Assembly: GCA_040954595.2 (NCBI GenBank)
Contig: CM082583.2
Coordinates: forward strand, 2,365,060 to 2,429,059
DNA from: Balanoglossus misakiensis
Lineage: Eukaryota; Animalia; Hemichordata
DNA: 64,000 bases
Reading direction: 5' to 3'
Shown: piece after piece, positions 38,047 to 51,763 of the stretch
Position numbering within the stretch: the stretch's first letter is position 1
How the letters are laid out: every line of letters begins with the position of its first letter
Position numbers and translations under genes: made by a program
The notes under the pieces: model-generated
Databases searched by the model: none
What the model was told of the DNA's origin: nothing
What the model saw: only the letters and a program-made list of their open reading frames with translations

Positions 38047-40430
38047 TAGCAAAGTATGTTCTGCAAATGTTACACAGATGTTTAATTTTATTTTCTCACT
38101 CAGGAGACAATATCAACAGGAAGAAGTTTGGTGCTTTTCAAAATAACTCCTCAAAAAATTGTGACAGACCATTCCCTTCTTCTTCACTAAGGCACGTATA
38201 CCTGAGTGTGAAGAACCGTTATCTTGCCGAGTTTACAATGACAATCACTATTTACAGCCTCTAGAGCTGCCACTTTTTGCATTATTTTCATGATTTTACT
38301 TTCCAACTTAAATTGGTTCTTAGAAATAAGCTTACTGATAGGCATAAAACACCTTATCGATGTCCTATTTTGACTGCATGTTGTAATTTGAAAACGCTAT
38401 GTATTAAAACGGTGCCCGGCCGATTTAATCAGCCTCCATACAAACAGTACGCAGCTATCGTGGTATGTGTCGCCAAGAGATGACAAACTGATGCAATTAA
38501 AAGGAATATATTTGAAGTTTTTTATTGTGGAAACAAATGTGAAATTTGGCAGCTATATATAATTTATTTGTAGATTTTGCAGTCTTTTCCACAAGAGTCA
38601 CTCTCTTGTTTCCAATCATGTTCAAATCTGTAATCTAATTAAAGGCTGAATTTTATCCAGTGGTATGATGGCCAGAGATATTTGTTTAGAGTGTTGACAG
38701 CTTCCTGATCCATAATTATTACATTTTAGATCAAATTACCAAATTCACATTTTTTTACAGAAAACACAATAATTACTCACTGTATTATTTGTTCAGCCAC
38801 CTTTTCTTTTACACCAGGGGTTTGATTTTAAATTAATTTTGTAAAATACTCTGTACCGTTTTACATGGGATTGAAAAACGAAATGTTTCCAAGAAACAAG
38901 TTGACCAAGTCAGATAGAATTCCATGTACTTCGTAGTTTGCTTTAAACAAGGTAGAAAATTGGCAAGTTTCAAAAGAGACTTTCAACATTTCTAACTTAC
39001 CATTTCCGTTCACTATGGGTTCGCCTTCTTCACAGTCACTATCAACAGTACAGTTGGCACCAAACATACCAGGGTCCTGCAAAAAGTGAAAGTTATATGT
39101 ATATACCTTGTCTGGAATTGACTATATGTTTAATACAGTACTGAATGAGCTGTTATGTTTGTCAGCTGAATTCTGCACCAAGTTACTATGAATGATTATG
39201 AAAAGTAGACACTCAATACCCAGGTAGATGCACAAGACTTCAGTGGTAAGTTCTCAACCTGACAGGGAAAGCCCCTCCTGAAGAGAATCATTTCCTTATT
39301 GACACGTGTGGACTTATTGCAGTGAAATATCGTGATCATAGGATCATGTATCTATCAGACTATCTGTTGTTGATAAAACTTCCAATCCTACCTCAGCACA
39401 CGTTCCTTGTGTTTGGTCCACCGTGATGATCATGTTGGTCATAACAAAAAACGAATTTTGCATCTTCAAGATAAAATTAAGAAGTTGTTAGTGTGCAACC
39501 CAAAATTCATCCAATAATTTTCTGATGAAGTGATTAATCATAGATCTTCTATTACTGTGAATGTATATACCCCACCCTCAACGCCCAGGTAGGAAAGAGT
39601 GTTACTGTTTTTTGTGATTCTATCATTTTCTCCATTCTACAAAAACTATGAATGGCTCTGAAAATCCAAGCCAAAAACACTCATCATGTCACGGTGTTCT
39701 TACGCCCATCTGCAGCCAGGCTTTTCAATTATCTGTACATGTTATAAAATTACATACATGTAGACATCAGTGTGCCCTCCAACAAACATAATTTTTTTAA
39801 ATCTTTTAGTCAATTTGGGGGTTTCTAAAATTTCTCTGAATCAGCCCTATATATTTGCATGTAGAGTGGAACATTTTCTTGAGTCACCAGTGAGTGTGTT
39901 GAGTCATATGGCCTTGGAGGGCACACTGGCAGACATGTTTCTGAGGAGAAGAAAGGCAACCATCCACATTCTACATACCTGGGGAGGTATTACATAATCA
40001 GCCACGTCCCATAGTCTATCATAAGGTGTTGTATCATCTACAGTTATGTTGTCAGGATCTACAGCTGACAGGTTGGTGTAGGACACTCCTTTTACTTTAG
40101 TGGTCACAGTGCTAATAACACTGTCAAATTCTTGGTAACCTTTGGACCATACGATCACATACCTAAAATGAGAACATGAACAGGTTAAAATTTAAGTGTA
40201 AGAATGTCTAGTGAAACCTACACATTATTTAAGTGATACCAAATGTAAGCCTCTCTGTACATGTAGTTTCCAACACTAAAGATGGCTTGCATCTCATTAT
40301 TAAAGCCCCATTAGTTGTAACTAACTTTTGGAAAATTATCATGAAATTAGGCCTACAGATGTATGCACTGCAGTATATATACAAGTAACCCTAAGTATGG
40401 GTCTATATGCAAGTTTTAAGGAAGGTGTTG

Positions 40431-42170
40431 GAAGTTTGTTACTTATTCCTTATTCCTTATTCCTTATTCGAATGTGAAGTTTGTTACTTATTCCTTATTC
40501 AAATGTGAAGTTTGTTACTTATTCCTTATTCCTTATTCAAAGCTGAAGTCTGTGACTTATTCCTTATTCAAAGCTTATTCCTTATTCGAAATCTGAAGTC
40601 TGTGACTTTTTCCTTATTCAAAGCTCAAGTCTGTGACTTATTCCTTATTCAAAGCTTATTCCTTATTCGAAATCTGAAGTCTGTGACTTATTCCTTATTC
40701 AAAATCTGAAGTCTGTGACTTATTCCTTATTCGGATTATGAAGTCTGTGACTTTTTCCTTATTCAAAGCTCAAGTCTGTGACTTATTCCTTATTCAAAGC
40801 TTATTCCTTATTCGAAATCTGAAGTCTGTGACTTATTCCTTATTCAAAATCTGAAGTCTGTGACTTATTCCTTATTCAAAGCTCAAGTCTGTGACTTATT
40901 CCTTATTCGAAATCTGACGAAAATCTGAAAACAATTTTGCCCAAATTTTGGGTGACCTCAGATGACTTTTGACCTACTTTCCTATATCTCGGCACCCAGA
41001 GCAGGTACAGACTTGGCATTTGGAGGGTTGGGACTAAAATTGAAAAGCCAAAATTGGGGGTTACCTGTGACACCTGCTTATCTCATTAATTATGTGCATA
41101 TAACTAATTCCAGACTAACCAATAGGGCTAGAGGTTTCATTCTTGTTGGACATGGACCAGTATGGGGTCAAAATTTTTCCCCAAATTTTGGGTGACCTTG
41201 GATGACCTTTGATCTACTTTCCCATATCTCAGCATCCACAGCAGTTAGAGTCCTGGCTTTTGGGGGGCCGATGGAGCACATAATGGAGTCTTACACAAGA
41301 GGGGTCTGGTTTTTGTTGGATCTAGACTAGTATGGGGTCCAATTGTTTTGCCCAATTTTGGGGTGAACTACGGTGACCTTTGATAGTACTTTCCTCACAG
41401 AACGATGCTAACATACATGAACTTATAAAAATTCGATTGGTTTTTCGTCCCCCCCCCCCCCCCCCCCCCCCCGGCCGTAAAAACTGAACGGTCCCTTAAG
41501 TCATAAAAGGAACATGTCATCTTAATATTTCTTAAACATGAACTTAGCAAGTGATAGAGTTCTGACATGTATCAATTCTGACATGTATCAATTACACAAG
41601 CTTGTTTACTCTGGGTCAAGTACCTATGTCAATACAAGTGAATGACATCTTACGTAATCATAGAAAGGATCTATGAGTGTTCAAACTCAGTCGTGACAAC
41701 AGACTTCAGATTTCGAATAAGAGAAAAGTCACAGACTTCAGATTTCGAATAAGGAATAAGCTTTGAATAAGGAAAAAGTCACAGACTTCAGTATCCGAAT
41801 AAGGAATAAGTCACAGACTTCAGAATCCGAATAAGGAATAAGTCACAGACTTCAGATTTCGAATAAGGAATAAGTCACAGACTTCAGAATCCGAATAAGG
41901 AATAAGTCACAGACTTCAGATTTCGAATAAGGAATAAGTCACAGACTTCAGATTTCGAATAAGGAATAAGTCACAGACTTCAGAATCCGAATAAGGAATA
42001 AGTCAGAGACTTCATAATCCGAATAAGGAATAAGTCACAGACTTCATAATCCGAATAAGGAATAAGTAACAAACTTCGCATTCGAATAAGGAATAAGGAA
42101 TAAGGAATAAGTAACAAACTTCACATTCGAATAAGGAATAAGGAATAAGGAATAAGTAACAAACTTCACG
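40431..42170. repeat. Foldback-like element: two ~480-bp inverted arms built of ~28-bp tandem units
   Basis: Left arm 40431-40920 (GAAGTCTGTGACTTATTCCTTATTC..)n and right arm 41700-42170 as its reverse complement. The spacer has three CCCAAATTTTGGGTGACC-like repeats and a family-B MITE terminus ending at 41495. Confidence 0.88.
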
Positions 42171-43073
42171 GACCCTTTTAAGGAGACAAATAATGCAGCT
42201 TTGCCACAAAGGAATAGTCTCGCCACCATGGGAAATGCAAAATACAATGAAAACATTATTTTTCCCACTTAGAAGTTTATAAACTATTAGCATGATCTCA
42301 TCCACTGGAACACATGAAAGTAAATGTACATGTACTTCAACGGAGACAATGGGACATAACATTTTCATTTTTTATTGCAGGAATTTTCAACTACATGTAT
42401 ACTGATATTTCTGTTATTTTTTCACCGTTTTGTCATAAATAAGCATTTCTTGATATACAGTATTGAAGGCAATATCATTTAATAGACATAATTAAAAGCA
42501 TATCTGAGATTATTTAAAGCTTACAAATCTTTATCGAGTTGCAACTCATTAGGCTATATAGCTGAACCACAGTCCTTCCATGGCCAAGTAAAAATGACAC
42601 GAACTAAGACCTTTTAATCAGGATCCATGGAGTCAGTTACCAGACAATGATACACCTTCCACTGTCTGCTTTATTTCCTACACGATCATTATAAACATGA
42701 AACAAGTTTGAGCAATGACACCCTGAAAGAACTGAATCATATTTTTTGGTGTCTTCCACACAGAATTTGCGGTGCTTTCCAAACAAGTCAACTTTAGAAA
42801 ATTATGGCAAAATAGCTGAAATTGATACATTTTCAGTGAACTGAAAGATCAAAATGGTATTTGCCAGAAACGACTTGTCCAATAGCTTTACAATGATTAT
42901 TTGTATGACCAGGCCTGCCACTGTGCCAGTGTTCTCATCAGAAGTCATAATAGACACAAGTAATTAGCAAATAAAAAGAGCTGAAAGCACTGTCTGACAT
43001 TTTAATTAAAAACACACAGAGAACAAGTATATCATGTGCAAATTAAAATAATAGCTAATGACTGGTCCTTTAA

Positions 43074-43514
43074 ACCCCGGTGCGGAAAGTACCGGGGGTT
43101 CGAATTAACGTGTGTTTGTATAGTTGTTTATTTGGGAGTGGTCGTCGTGCATAATGACTGTGTAATTGATCTCATGTACATAGAAAATAATTGAACACTT
43201 TACACCTCTACGCAATTGACAGCTGTTTGAATGGCGTGGCTATTGTTTCACCGGTACGCTTCTGAAAAGCACTGAAACCAGATTTCTCCCAAAATCATCG
43301 TTGTTTCAAAAGCTCGTGTACTTTTTCGTTGATAACTTTATGTTGTGTGTGTTTATAAAGCCAACTACTGTCGTTGTGTGGTGTAATTCTTTATACTTGG
43401 ACCTGTTTGGGCCGATTTTCATAGAGCCAAGATCGTTGGTGTTGTCTGTTGTCAGTCAAACGGCATTAAGATTCGCCACTGATTTGGGGGGTCTTTTATA
43501 CCCTGCACCGGGGT
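43074..43514. mobile_element. TTAA-target MITE
   Basis: TTAA|ACCCCGGTGC...GCACCGGGGT|TTAA. Confidence 0.65.
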
Positions 43515-46500
43515 TTAAGGAAATGATACAATGTGCAAAGGATTCATTAAAGAATGCTTTGTCAGATTTGGTGAAGAAAAACTGACAATTTTCACTCTGA
43601 CAATTTTCCATTGGAATGTCAATTTTGCACCAAGCTTTCATGAAGACATGATGATGATTCAGTGTGTGCAGAAGTTGATTTTATGTTTTGTTCAGAACAC
43701 GATGGATTATTTTTGGAGTAGCAACTAGCATTATTCTTGTACTGCAAAGAGCAACTCTGCTTCTACATGTTTTGACATAACTGATGCAAAGTGTTAGCTA
43801 TGTTAGGTGAGCAAACCAGTTAACACTAGTTGCATGTTTATGCTTGCTTTGGGATAGTCAGAAAAACATGAAACTGGAATAAATATGATTGATAGTGATA
43901 CTGTCATAAAGAAGTTAGACTAGAAAAGACATTGCTTCCATTATAATTGTTCTCCTCTGATCTGAGCTCCTTCATTGCTGTTGTCTTCATGGTGGTCCAG
44001 GTAACTATTTATTCTCACTGAAAATGTTTCTCTATTGTCTTTGATAAACACATTCAATGAGAGAAATAAAAGATACCTGAAACCTTATCACCCCCAGTTA
44101 CCATAGAACACGATGGATTTTGGCCAACCCATAGTGGTGAAAGGGTTGAGCTCCAAAGATTCCAACAAGTGGTTGGACTGCTCAAAACATCAAATGAGAA
44201 AATGACTAGAGTCTAGACAATGTTGCTGAAATAGAACTAGTCATCAGAGACTGGCGACAATGTTTACCAAGCTGTTGTCAAGACAACCCTCCAAAGGGCA
44301 TCTACAACTGAGTAACTGGCAAATTGATGTGCAGGCTAGCTTGTTAGCTTTCTGTCATATTCACATTATAAACCTAGCATGTCATGATCATTTTTAATTT
44401 ACTGGTGAAAGAAACAACAACCAGAATTGTCAACATTTATTACAATTTCAATTACTGCTTACTTTTTCCTCAGTAACCGGATGTGTACCAAATACAAAAG
44501 TTGTCTCTGTTCGACTTTAAATCAAGTGTTCTACACCATGTCCCAGTTGGCGTTCAAACTGTTTTCAGACACAAGTTTGGTTGTCAATTTTTATAGTATA
44601 TACAATATTACTCTACATACAGTGTATACAAATGATTATTGAAGGTGTACAAAATAGCAGTCCTATTTTTAATACACCAACTCTGTAATAACAACAGGTA
44701 ACTGTGCCCACAATCAGTTACAGAGAAATTAGACTAAAATTAAATAGGTTAGTGCAGCATGTGTTATTGGCCCCATAAGCCTGGTACAGGAGAGTCAACA
44801 ACTCTGTAGCAGAAATTTGCCTGAAACATATGGTGTGAAATTTTCCTGCATAATACAAAAAGTATTAACAATATTTAAAATGTATATTGGCAACAGGGAT
44901 CTTTGAAAGGAACCACCTCATTCAAAATGATTTAAATAGATCTGTTAAAATTACATGTTTTAGTCTTGTCACATTGTTGATAAATAAAATCACTATAATT
45001 TTCATTACCATTGACAGGGACAAGTTGCTCTCTTTTGATTTTATTTTAGTCATTTTTTTGCTATGAAACCAGATTTTGAAACCCACAGAAATTTGTGCCT
45101 GTCAGCTATTTTAAATCAAAACACAACATGTGACAGTACATGTACATTGTTCAAATCATTAATCATGTTCATAAAGGCATATTTGACAGAACCAATGTTC
45201 TTTATTCTTAAAGCAAAACCACTTTTTTATGACTTTGTCAAGACTTATTATTAAAATACGCCTAATATAATTCATTTAAGCCTTTGGACAAGAAACGCGC
45301 TATCAAGAACTTTCTTGTGAGTTTCACAACAGATTAAGGTGTTCACTGTTTCAACTGATGTTAAATTAGCATGAAGAATGAAATGAGGCATACAATTAAA
45401 TTATAGCGAGGGCAATATCACGATTTGACACCTGCATGAGGGATGGTGCTCTCTGACCATAATATTGATGATGCCCGAGCCCTGACATGCATACTATTTA
45501 GGTATAGCACTAAGGAATTTGATTAAAAAACTAAAATTGTTGAACATATATTTACCAAAAACAAGCCTAGTATATCTCACACACAAAATGAAAATTTAAC
45601 ATCTTGCCCTACACTTTTATTGTTTTAACATCAAGTTCATAATTGCAGTATGAGAAATTGTATTAATTGCTAGCTCTTATTTTCAACAGCTTGTATTGTT
45701 AGTCACCATGATATCACTGTATCATGATACGATTGTCAAACGTGGACCTTATTCACACCAACACAGGATTATACACAGCTGTCGTTGATGACGTGTTGTG
45801 TAGCTGAGTACAACAGCCACTGAAGTCTGAACTGTGGACTGAGCGACTCCCATTTTCGGTTTACGAAAATTTAACACACAAACTGCAGCATGTGTTATAC
45901 ACACCCAACTATATACGCTATTATTGCTAGCTGAATCACTCTGTTGATGACACCAACTTTCTTGCTTTTTATGTGCACAATTTTAGGTGTATCGTATTCA
46001 AGCGCTGCATCAATGATAAAATTACACCATCGTGGAGCCATTCTGGCGACTGCTGCTACCAACTACCGGGGTCAAAGTTCGTCCACATGTGACAAGGTGA
46101 CGAGCGTGAAGTTGGCCTCATCATCATCCTCAGCCTCATCCTCATATTCAGCCTCATCCTCATCCTCAGCTTCGTGACCCCAGCCTCAGCTTTGTGACCC
46201 CAGGAAGATAAACATCAAAATTATCCAAACGATCGGCAAATAGAACAAATAGAGTCAAAATAAGAAATCCAATCAATTATTTAGACTATCCCATGTAAAT
46301 ACTTTATCCATATTGCTTTTGCTTCTTTTAAATCACATCAGATATCTGAAATTCACGATAATTTTGATGTTTTTATTGAAATTTGCAAATGAACTTTGAC
46401 CTGCAATGGCGTCTGGGTAACCGAGACTATTTTCTCTCGGGAGTTTTTATTCGCTTCTATGCTCCCCTTTGACATGACCCATAATGCAACGCGCAATGAG

Positions 46501-46583
46501 TGGATCCGGTCACGTCTACGTCTGCGCTCATACGCGCTGTCAAACGATCGCTCCGATGGTGGACGATCACCGTAAACTGTACA

Positions 46584-48428
46584 ATGTTTTCTCCAAAAGT
46601 TTTTCGGCGAAAACGGCGTGGTCGTGGCACCTATTGCTGTATGCCAATGTGCACAAACAGCAAGGGTTCTGATTTGGAAGCTGGAATACGGAGATCGTAT
46701 TATTCTTTTCCTATGAAAGATAAAAAGAGATTGAAGCTTTGGGTCGATGCGATACGACGGGGCGAACCAAACTGGGAGCCGAAGTCATGGATGAGGGTGT
46801 GCTCAGATCATTTCCCGAAAGGTACGTTAGAAAAATCAAGAATCAAATAGAGCATCGTTTATGTGTAGTGTTGGGATAAGTAATAAAAAGTTTGCTTTGG
46901 GAGAAACACGAAACGATGTACAAACTGAAAGTAAGATCCCCTTACAAGATGGCGCGCTACCTAGCAACCGGCATCAACAACGTTGTCTCGGCAATGTGAA
47001 TGACGTAATCCCAAACATGGGCATTATGAGCGCCCTCTGCAAATCATTTGGGGACGTTGTAACCCGGTTTATACTTTAAAACCCTGGAACCCTAAATTTG
47101 TTTCCATTCAAAATGTGTGATTGATGATAAAGAAAAGTTTTGAAAACCATTTTGTGTTTCTAATTACAGGAAAGAGTAATAGCCCGTCAGATGAAGGCTA
47201 TGTGCCGAAACTGAAGATGAAACAAACAACTCCGAGGACTAGTCTGACATCATCAAAGCAGCAAGTTAGTCCACTTAAGAACCAAAGAGCATTGAAGAAA
47301 CCAAAGACAAGGAGGAGGTTAACTTTTGCCAGGAAAGGAAGACCCCGATCTGAACTGACCATTGTCCCTCCACCATCTGCTGATCACACCTATGTACAAC
47401 CCTCCATGGAAGAAATTCACAGTGAGGCCCATAATAAAATTGCAGAAATGGAGTATGAAATTGAGAAACTGAAAAGACAAACACTGCGATTAGAGAATAT
47501 AAAACACAATCCCAAAAAAATGCAGTTTTGGACAAGATTTCCTAACTACGGTACATTCTATGCTTTATTCAGCTATCTGGAACCGATAGCTAAAAATATG
47601 AAATACTGGAGTGGTTCCAGGACCCATTTGTATGAACATTTCAGTACCAGATGCTCAAGTAAGCCTGGGTCTGACCGGAAACTGACACTTGAGGAAGAAT
47701 TTTTTTTGACTTTGGTACGTTTAAGTGTTGGGCTTTTGCTTCAGGACTTAGCAGAGCGATTTGATGTATCTGTCAGTACTGTGTCTATCATATTTAATAC
47801 CTGGGTAAACTTGATGTGCATGCAACTTGAGTTTCTCTGCAAACTTCCACCAAGTATTGTCACTCAAGAAAATCAGTCCTCTGTTGTAAATGATTTCTCA
47901 AATATTCAAATTATCTTAGACTGTACCGAGTTATTCATACAGACACCAAAACGATGTGATGCTAAAAAGCAAGTGTTTTCAAATTACAAACACCACAATA
48001 CATATAAATACCTAGTTGGTATGAGCCCAAACTTGGCAGTCACATACATCAGTCGGCTGTATGGTGGACGTGCATCAGACAAACACATAACAACACAATC
48101 CTGTGATTTGATGGACAGTTTGAGAGACAATCAGGGGGCGGTGATGGCAGATAGAGGGTTCAGGATTGAAGTTGAATTGTCAGATATTGGTGTTAAGTTC
48201 TATGTTCCAGCATTTAAGGGATGTGATCGACCACAGCTTTCCAAGCATGAATTAGAATATTCTGAGAGAGTTTCAACTGTACGAGGGCATATTGAGCGTA
48301 TTATCCAGCGTATAAAGACGTATCACATTCTTGATGGTGATCTGAAACTGTCGATGCTGGAATCAGCAGAGAATATTTTCAAAGTATGTGCATACTTGGT
48401 GAATTTCCAAACACCAATTGTTCAATAA
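46584..48428 (+). CDS. THAP + HTH + DDE_Tnp_4 (Harbinger/ISL2EU-type) transposase, ~498 aa, 2 exons
   Basis: Exon 1 46584..46821 (THAP: YCCMPMCTN..YSFP..LWVDAIRR..VCSDHF), exon 2 47170..48428 (GYVP, DHTY, coiled coil, HTH LQDLAERFDVSVSTVSIIF, catalytic ILDCTELFI / YKHHNTYKYLVG / VMADRGF / RGHIERIIQRIK). The frame is open; the start ATG is inferred. Confidence 0.92.
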
Positions 48429-48431
48429 CAG

Positions 48432-48609
48432 GTTTGGGCCCAATCTGATTATAATCAGATGTAGGTTTGACTCGATCTTAACCTGATTCTTGGAAGTTCT
48501 GTTCTTGGATGTCCATCTGTAGTGTGGCGAACAGAACAGTCAAGAATCAGCTAAGGTAAAGTTTGGGCCAACCCCACATCTGATTTAATCAGATTGTTTT
48601 GGGCCAAGC
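48432..48609. repeat. Imperfect ~75-bp-arm inverted repeat directly after the transposase stop codon
   Basis: TTGGGCCCAATCTGATTATAATCAGATGT..TGATTCTTG..GTTCTGTTC pairs with GAACAGAAC..CAAGAATCA..ACATCTGATTTAATCAGATT..GGGCCAA. Confidence 0.75.
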
Positions 48610-49152
48610 TGTCAAAGTCAATGTGCAAAGAGACAGTGAATACATGCAATAAACATGAATGTTTATTTCACCAAAAACATGACTTACATGTATTTATTAT
48701 GTATAATGGACTGACATGCAAATGAACTGACATCTAGCCAAACATCTCATGCTTCAGACTTCAGTTTCTCAACACATGGGTTCACATGCACAGGAGTTTC
48801 ATATTGGCACGTTGTATTGTCAAATATAGAAATGTATTGAACAATGGAATGCCATTGGTTATGGCGATGGGTGTGTAACACCTCAAAGCACACGCATAAA
48901 CATTAGCACAGCAAGATACATTTCCTTATTATACAAGTTCATTTTGTTTCCAGATATCAGTGGGAACTGAGACCAAGTGTAATATTTAAAAAGTAAAACT
49001 GGAAGAAAGTAATCCATGACTTATTTCAAGCATTTCAAATTGACATCACATTTCATCAAGTGGCCTTACACTCATGAGTAATTTGGTGCTCTCGCCTCTC
49101 ATCCTAACAGTTTTGTGTGCATGCCAGTACTGGTTGTTTTTCTGTTGATAAA

Positions 49153-51763
49153 TCAACAGTCATCAACACTCGACACATCACTGTCACTGCTTGTTGTTTC
49201 CTGTGGTGGGATATTGTCTGAAATATTCACAGGCACATCTCTTTTGAGTTTTTCTTTCAAAGAAGATGTCAAAATCTCTGGGACAATGAAATTTGTGAAA
49301 AAAGCCACTGAGGCTGGCAAGAGCAACTCCAACCAGTATTTTTCATCAAACTCAACAGGAACAACAAGCAGTCCCTTGCGTGTCCATACAACAAAATCCA
49401 AGATGTACACTTGTGATACTGCCATTTGAACAGTTACTTGTTCAAAATAGCCTCTTGTGTGATTCTTTCTCAAAGTGTAAATTCCTGATTGACTATCATA
49501 AGAAATATAGTCAACTAACTTGTTATGAACAGCCTCCTGTGGAGATATATGCCTGTGCTTATATGGACACTTTACTTCAATCAATTTTTTAGGACAGGTG
49601 TCACAACTACAGGTTACTATACCATCAGGTGAAGCCCTAATGTAAGCAAAGTCTTCATGTACCAACAATCCCTGTGGAATTACATCAAGTTTACAGTTCT
49701 CATTCGATTGTGTTTGTATGTATTTATGTATAGCAGTGGTTTCATGCTCAATACCCCACTCCATTGCCACACTCTTGTATTCACAAGATTTATAACCCAT
49801 GATATCTGACATGAGATTATCTGCAGATGATTTACCAGTATTTAAGAATGAGACAATGCGCTTAAATTTAGTGGAAGTTACAGAGCCTTTTCTCTGTTGA
49901 ATCCATTCATTGTTATGTCCTTGCCCCAAAGTAATATTTGCAACTTTGTCTCTTTCTTCAGAAGTGAGTTTACAATCATTTAGAAATCGAAGTTTCTCTG
50001 TAACATATTTCTCATTTAGTGTGTTTTCACACTGTAAATGTGGCATTTCTGGAATAGCCATTGGAGTTGTTTCTGTGGTAATTTCTTTGGAAAATGCTAA
50101 TACAGAGTCAAGGTCATTTCCATCATCAGGTAGCGTTTTCACTGGAGAAGATATGCTTGGTTCCGAAGACCTGAATCTGCTCATATCCAGGAGATGTACG
50201 ATGGGTGGCTGTGGCAAGTTAATATTGGCATTCAATATGTCATGCTTCAATTTTAAAATTCTGTCACAAGATGTGGTAGTCAGTAACTGCTGAGGCTTCA
50301 CAGGCTCATGTTTTCCAATTGACAAGTCTGACTGCTTCTTATTCCTACCCAGCTGTATCTCCTTTAATGGAACAGGAGTAACTCCAGCACCTAGTAAATA
50401 GAATCAAAAGGCCAACATTATAATACAACCTGAAATATTTGCATTTCTTGGTTTTGTTCATATCATGATATTTTACACTTAAAGTCTAAAAGGAAATAAA
50501 CAATATACAAGGCATTCATAAATGTTCAAATCAAAATCAAATTAATATGCACAATTTACACGTACCAAGTAAACAGTGACTACCCGGGTAGGTTTTTCAT
50601 GGCTTTATAGGAAGATTGTTTACCTAAACAACAGCTATTCCAAAATTGTTTTCCTGCAATTGTGGCTATAGAACTCCACATATAACTTTTGTGAAAATGT
50701 AAGGATTGAGTCTGTGTTAATCTTAAAATGTGACTCCAAATACACTTGGGAAACACACACTGACACCTGAACTGCTATACAATAAGACTCTGCATATTGA
50801 CCAATATTGATATTACCTTTTGGTTCTGCCCACTGACATGGTATTTCTGTACATGATGGACCATCAGGCAGTTTATCAAATCCACCTGCAACTACCTCAG
50901 CAGCAAGAAACAATAAGGCGCCAACATGAGAACATATCTGTCCAGGGCTGAAATACGATGGAATAATTGGTGATTAAAGATGCAATTACAGACACCCTCC
51001 TGTACCAACTTAGGTACCTAATGCACAACAACTTTTCTTGTCTGATCTGTCAGTACTTCAATACACAACTACCAGAATCAATTTCAAAATAATTACAAAA
51101 TAATAATAAACCACATCACAAGACTTACCCTGCTGTACAAATGCAATAACCACTATAGGGTTGACCAGTACACTTGTCCAATACTGCAAAACACCATTTA
51201 ACTCTTTGTGGGTCTGTTGATTGTGATGCAATGCACTGTCCACTAATGAGACAAAACAAGCCACTTTTACCATTCGGGTTGAATTTCACTGAATGGAGAT
51301 GACCTGACACAATGTGTTGGTAACTTCTCGACACTTTGTATTTACGGAGATCTGTTTCTGTGAACTCAGAACTATTACATCGTAGTAAATATTGTTTAAC
51401 TTTTGAAACATCCACTTCAGGCATACTACTGATGTCTGTTGTCCAGCCTTTCATCGATTTCACAACATCAGGCGTAAGGGCTTGTAACTCGATCCGTTCA
51501 TTGTCAGATAGCAAATTCACCGGTTGTTTACGCGTACACGTCGCTGCAATATCGCGACTATTTTTCGATGGGGTTGAAACATTGCCTACGGTGGAGATCG
51601 ACAATTTGTGACACAATAAGACTTCTTGTGCGCTTCTTCCGACATCAACAGTAATACCGACCTGTTTACAACACGCGTCGAGTTGTCTCTTTGTAAGAGA
51701 CTTGACCTGTTTCCATGATTTGAGGTAATTCAACGAGCAGACGACAGCTGCCGGGCGATCCAT
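49153..51763 (-). CDS. SWIM zinc finger + YqaJ/lambda-type alkaline exonuclease, ~667 aa, 3 exons (second gene of the transposon)
   Basis: Exons 51763..51129 (..ASQS..YCICTAG), 50947..50817 (PGQICSHVGALLF..SCTEIPCQWAEP; completes the SWIM CxCx7CxH) and 50390..49153 (QGHNNEWIQQRKGSVTST, AMEWGIEHE, ASPDG, EVKCPY, YFEQVTVQM, DFVVWT: PD-(D/E)xK). Splice phases are compatible and there are no stops. Confidence 0.9.

Noticed and set aside
40431-42170. CRISPR-like array of ~28-bp repeats
   Set aside because: There are no unique spacers and no cas genes, the context is eukaryotic, and the units are tandem and arranged as inverted arms.
44095-44320. Possible decayed coding fragment (VTIEHDGFWPTHSGERVELQRFQQVV..)
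   Set aside because: It is interrupted by a stop and I cannot assign a family; probably a TE remnant, but unsupported without a search.
45944-46177. ORF resembling a signal peptide with a Ser-rich tail
   Set aside because: The Ser-rich part is the transposon's left TIR repeat array and the ORF crosses the insertion junction.
48780-49150. PHD finger after the YqaJ domain
   Set aside because: Looked for it because related proteins can have one, but no convincing C4HC3 pattern follows the stop at 49153.
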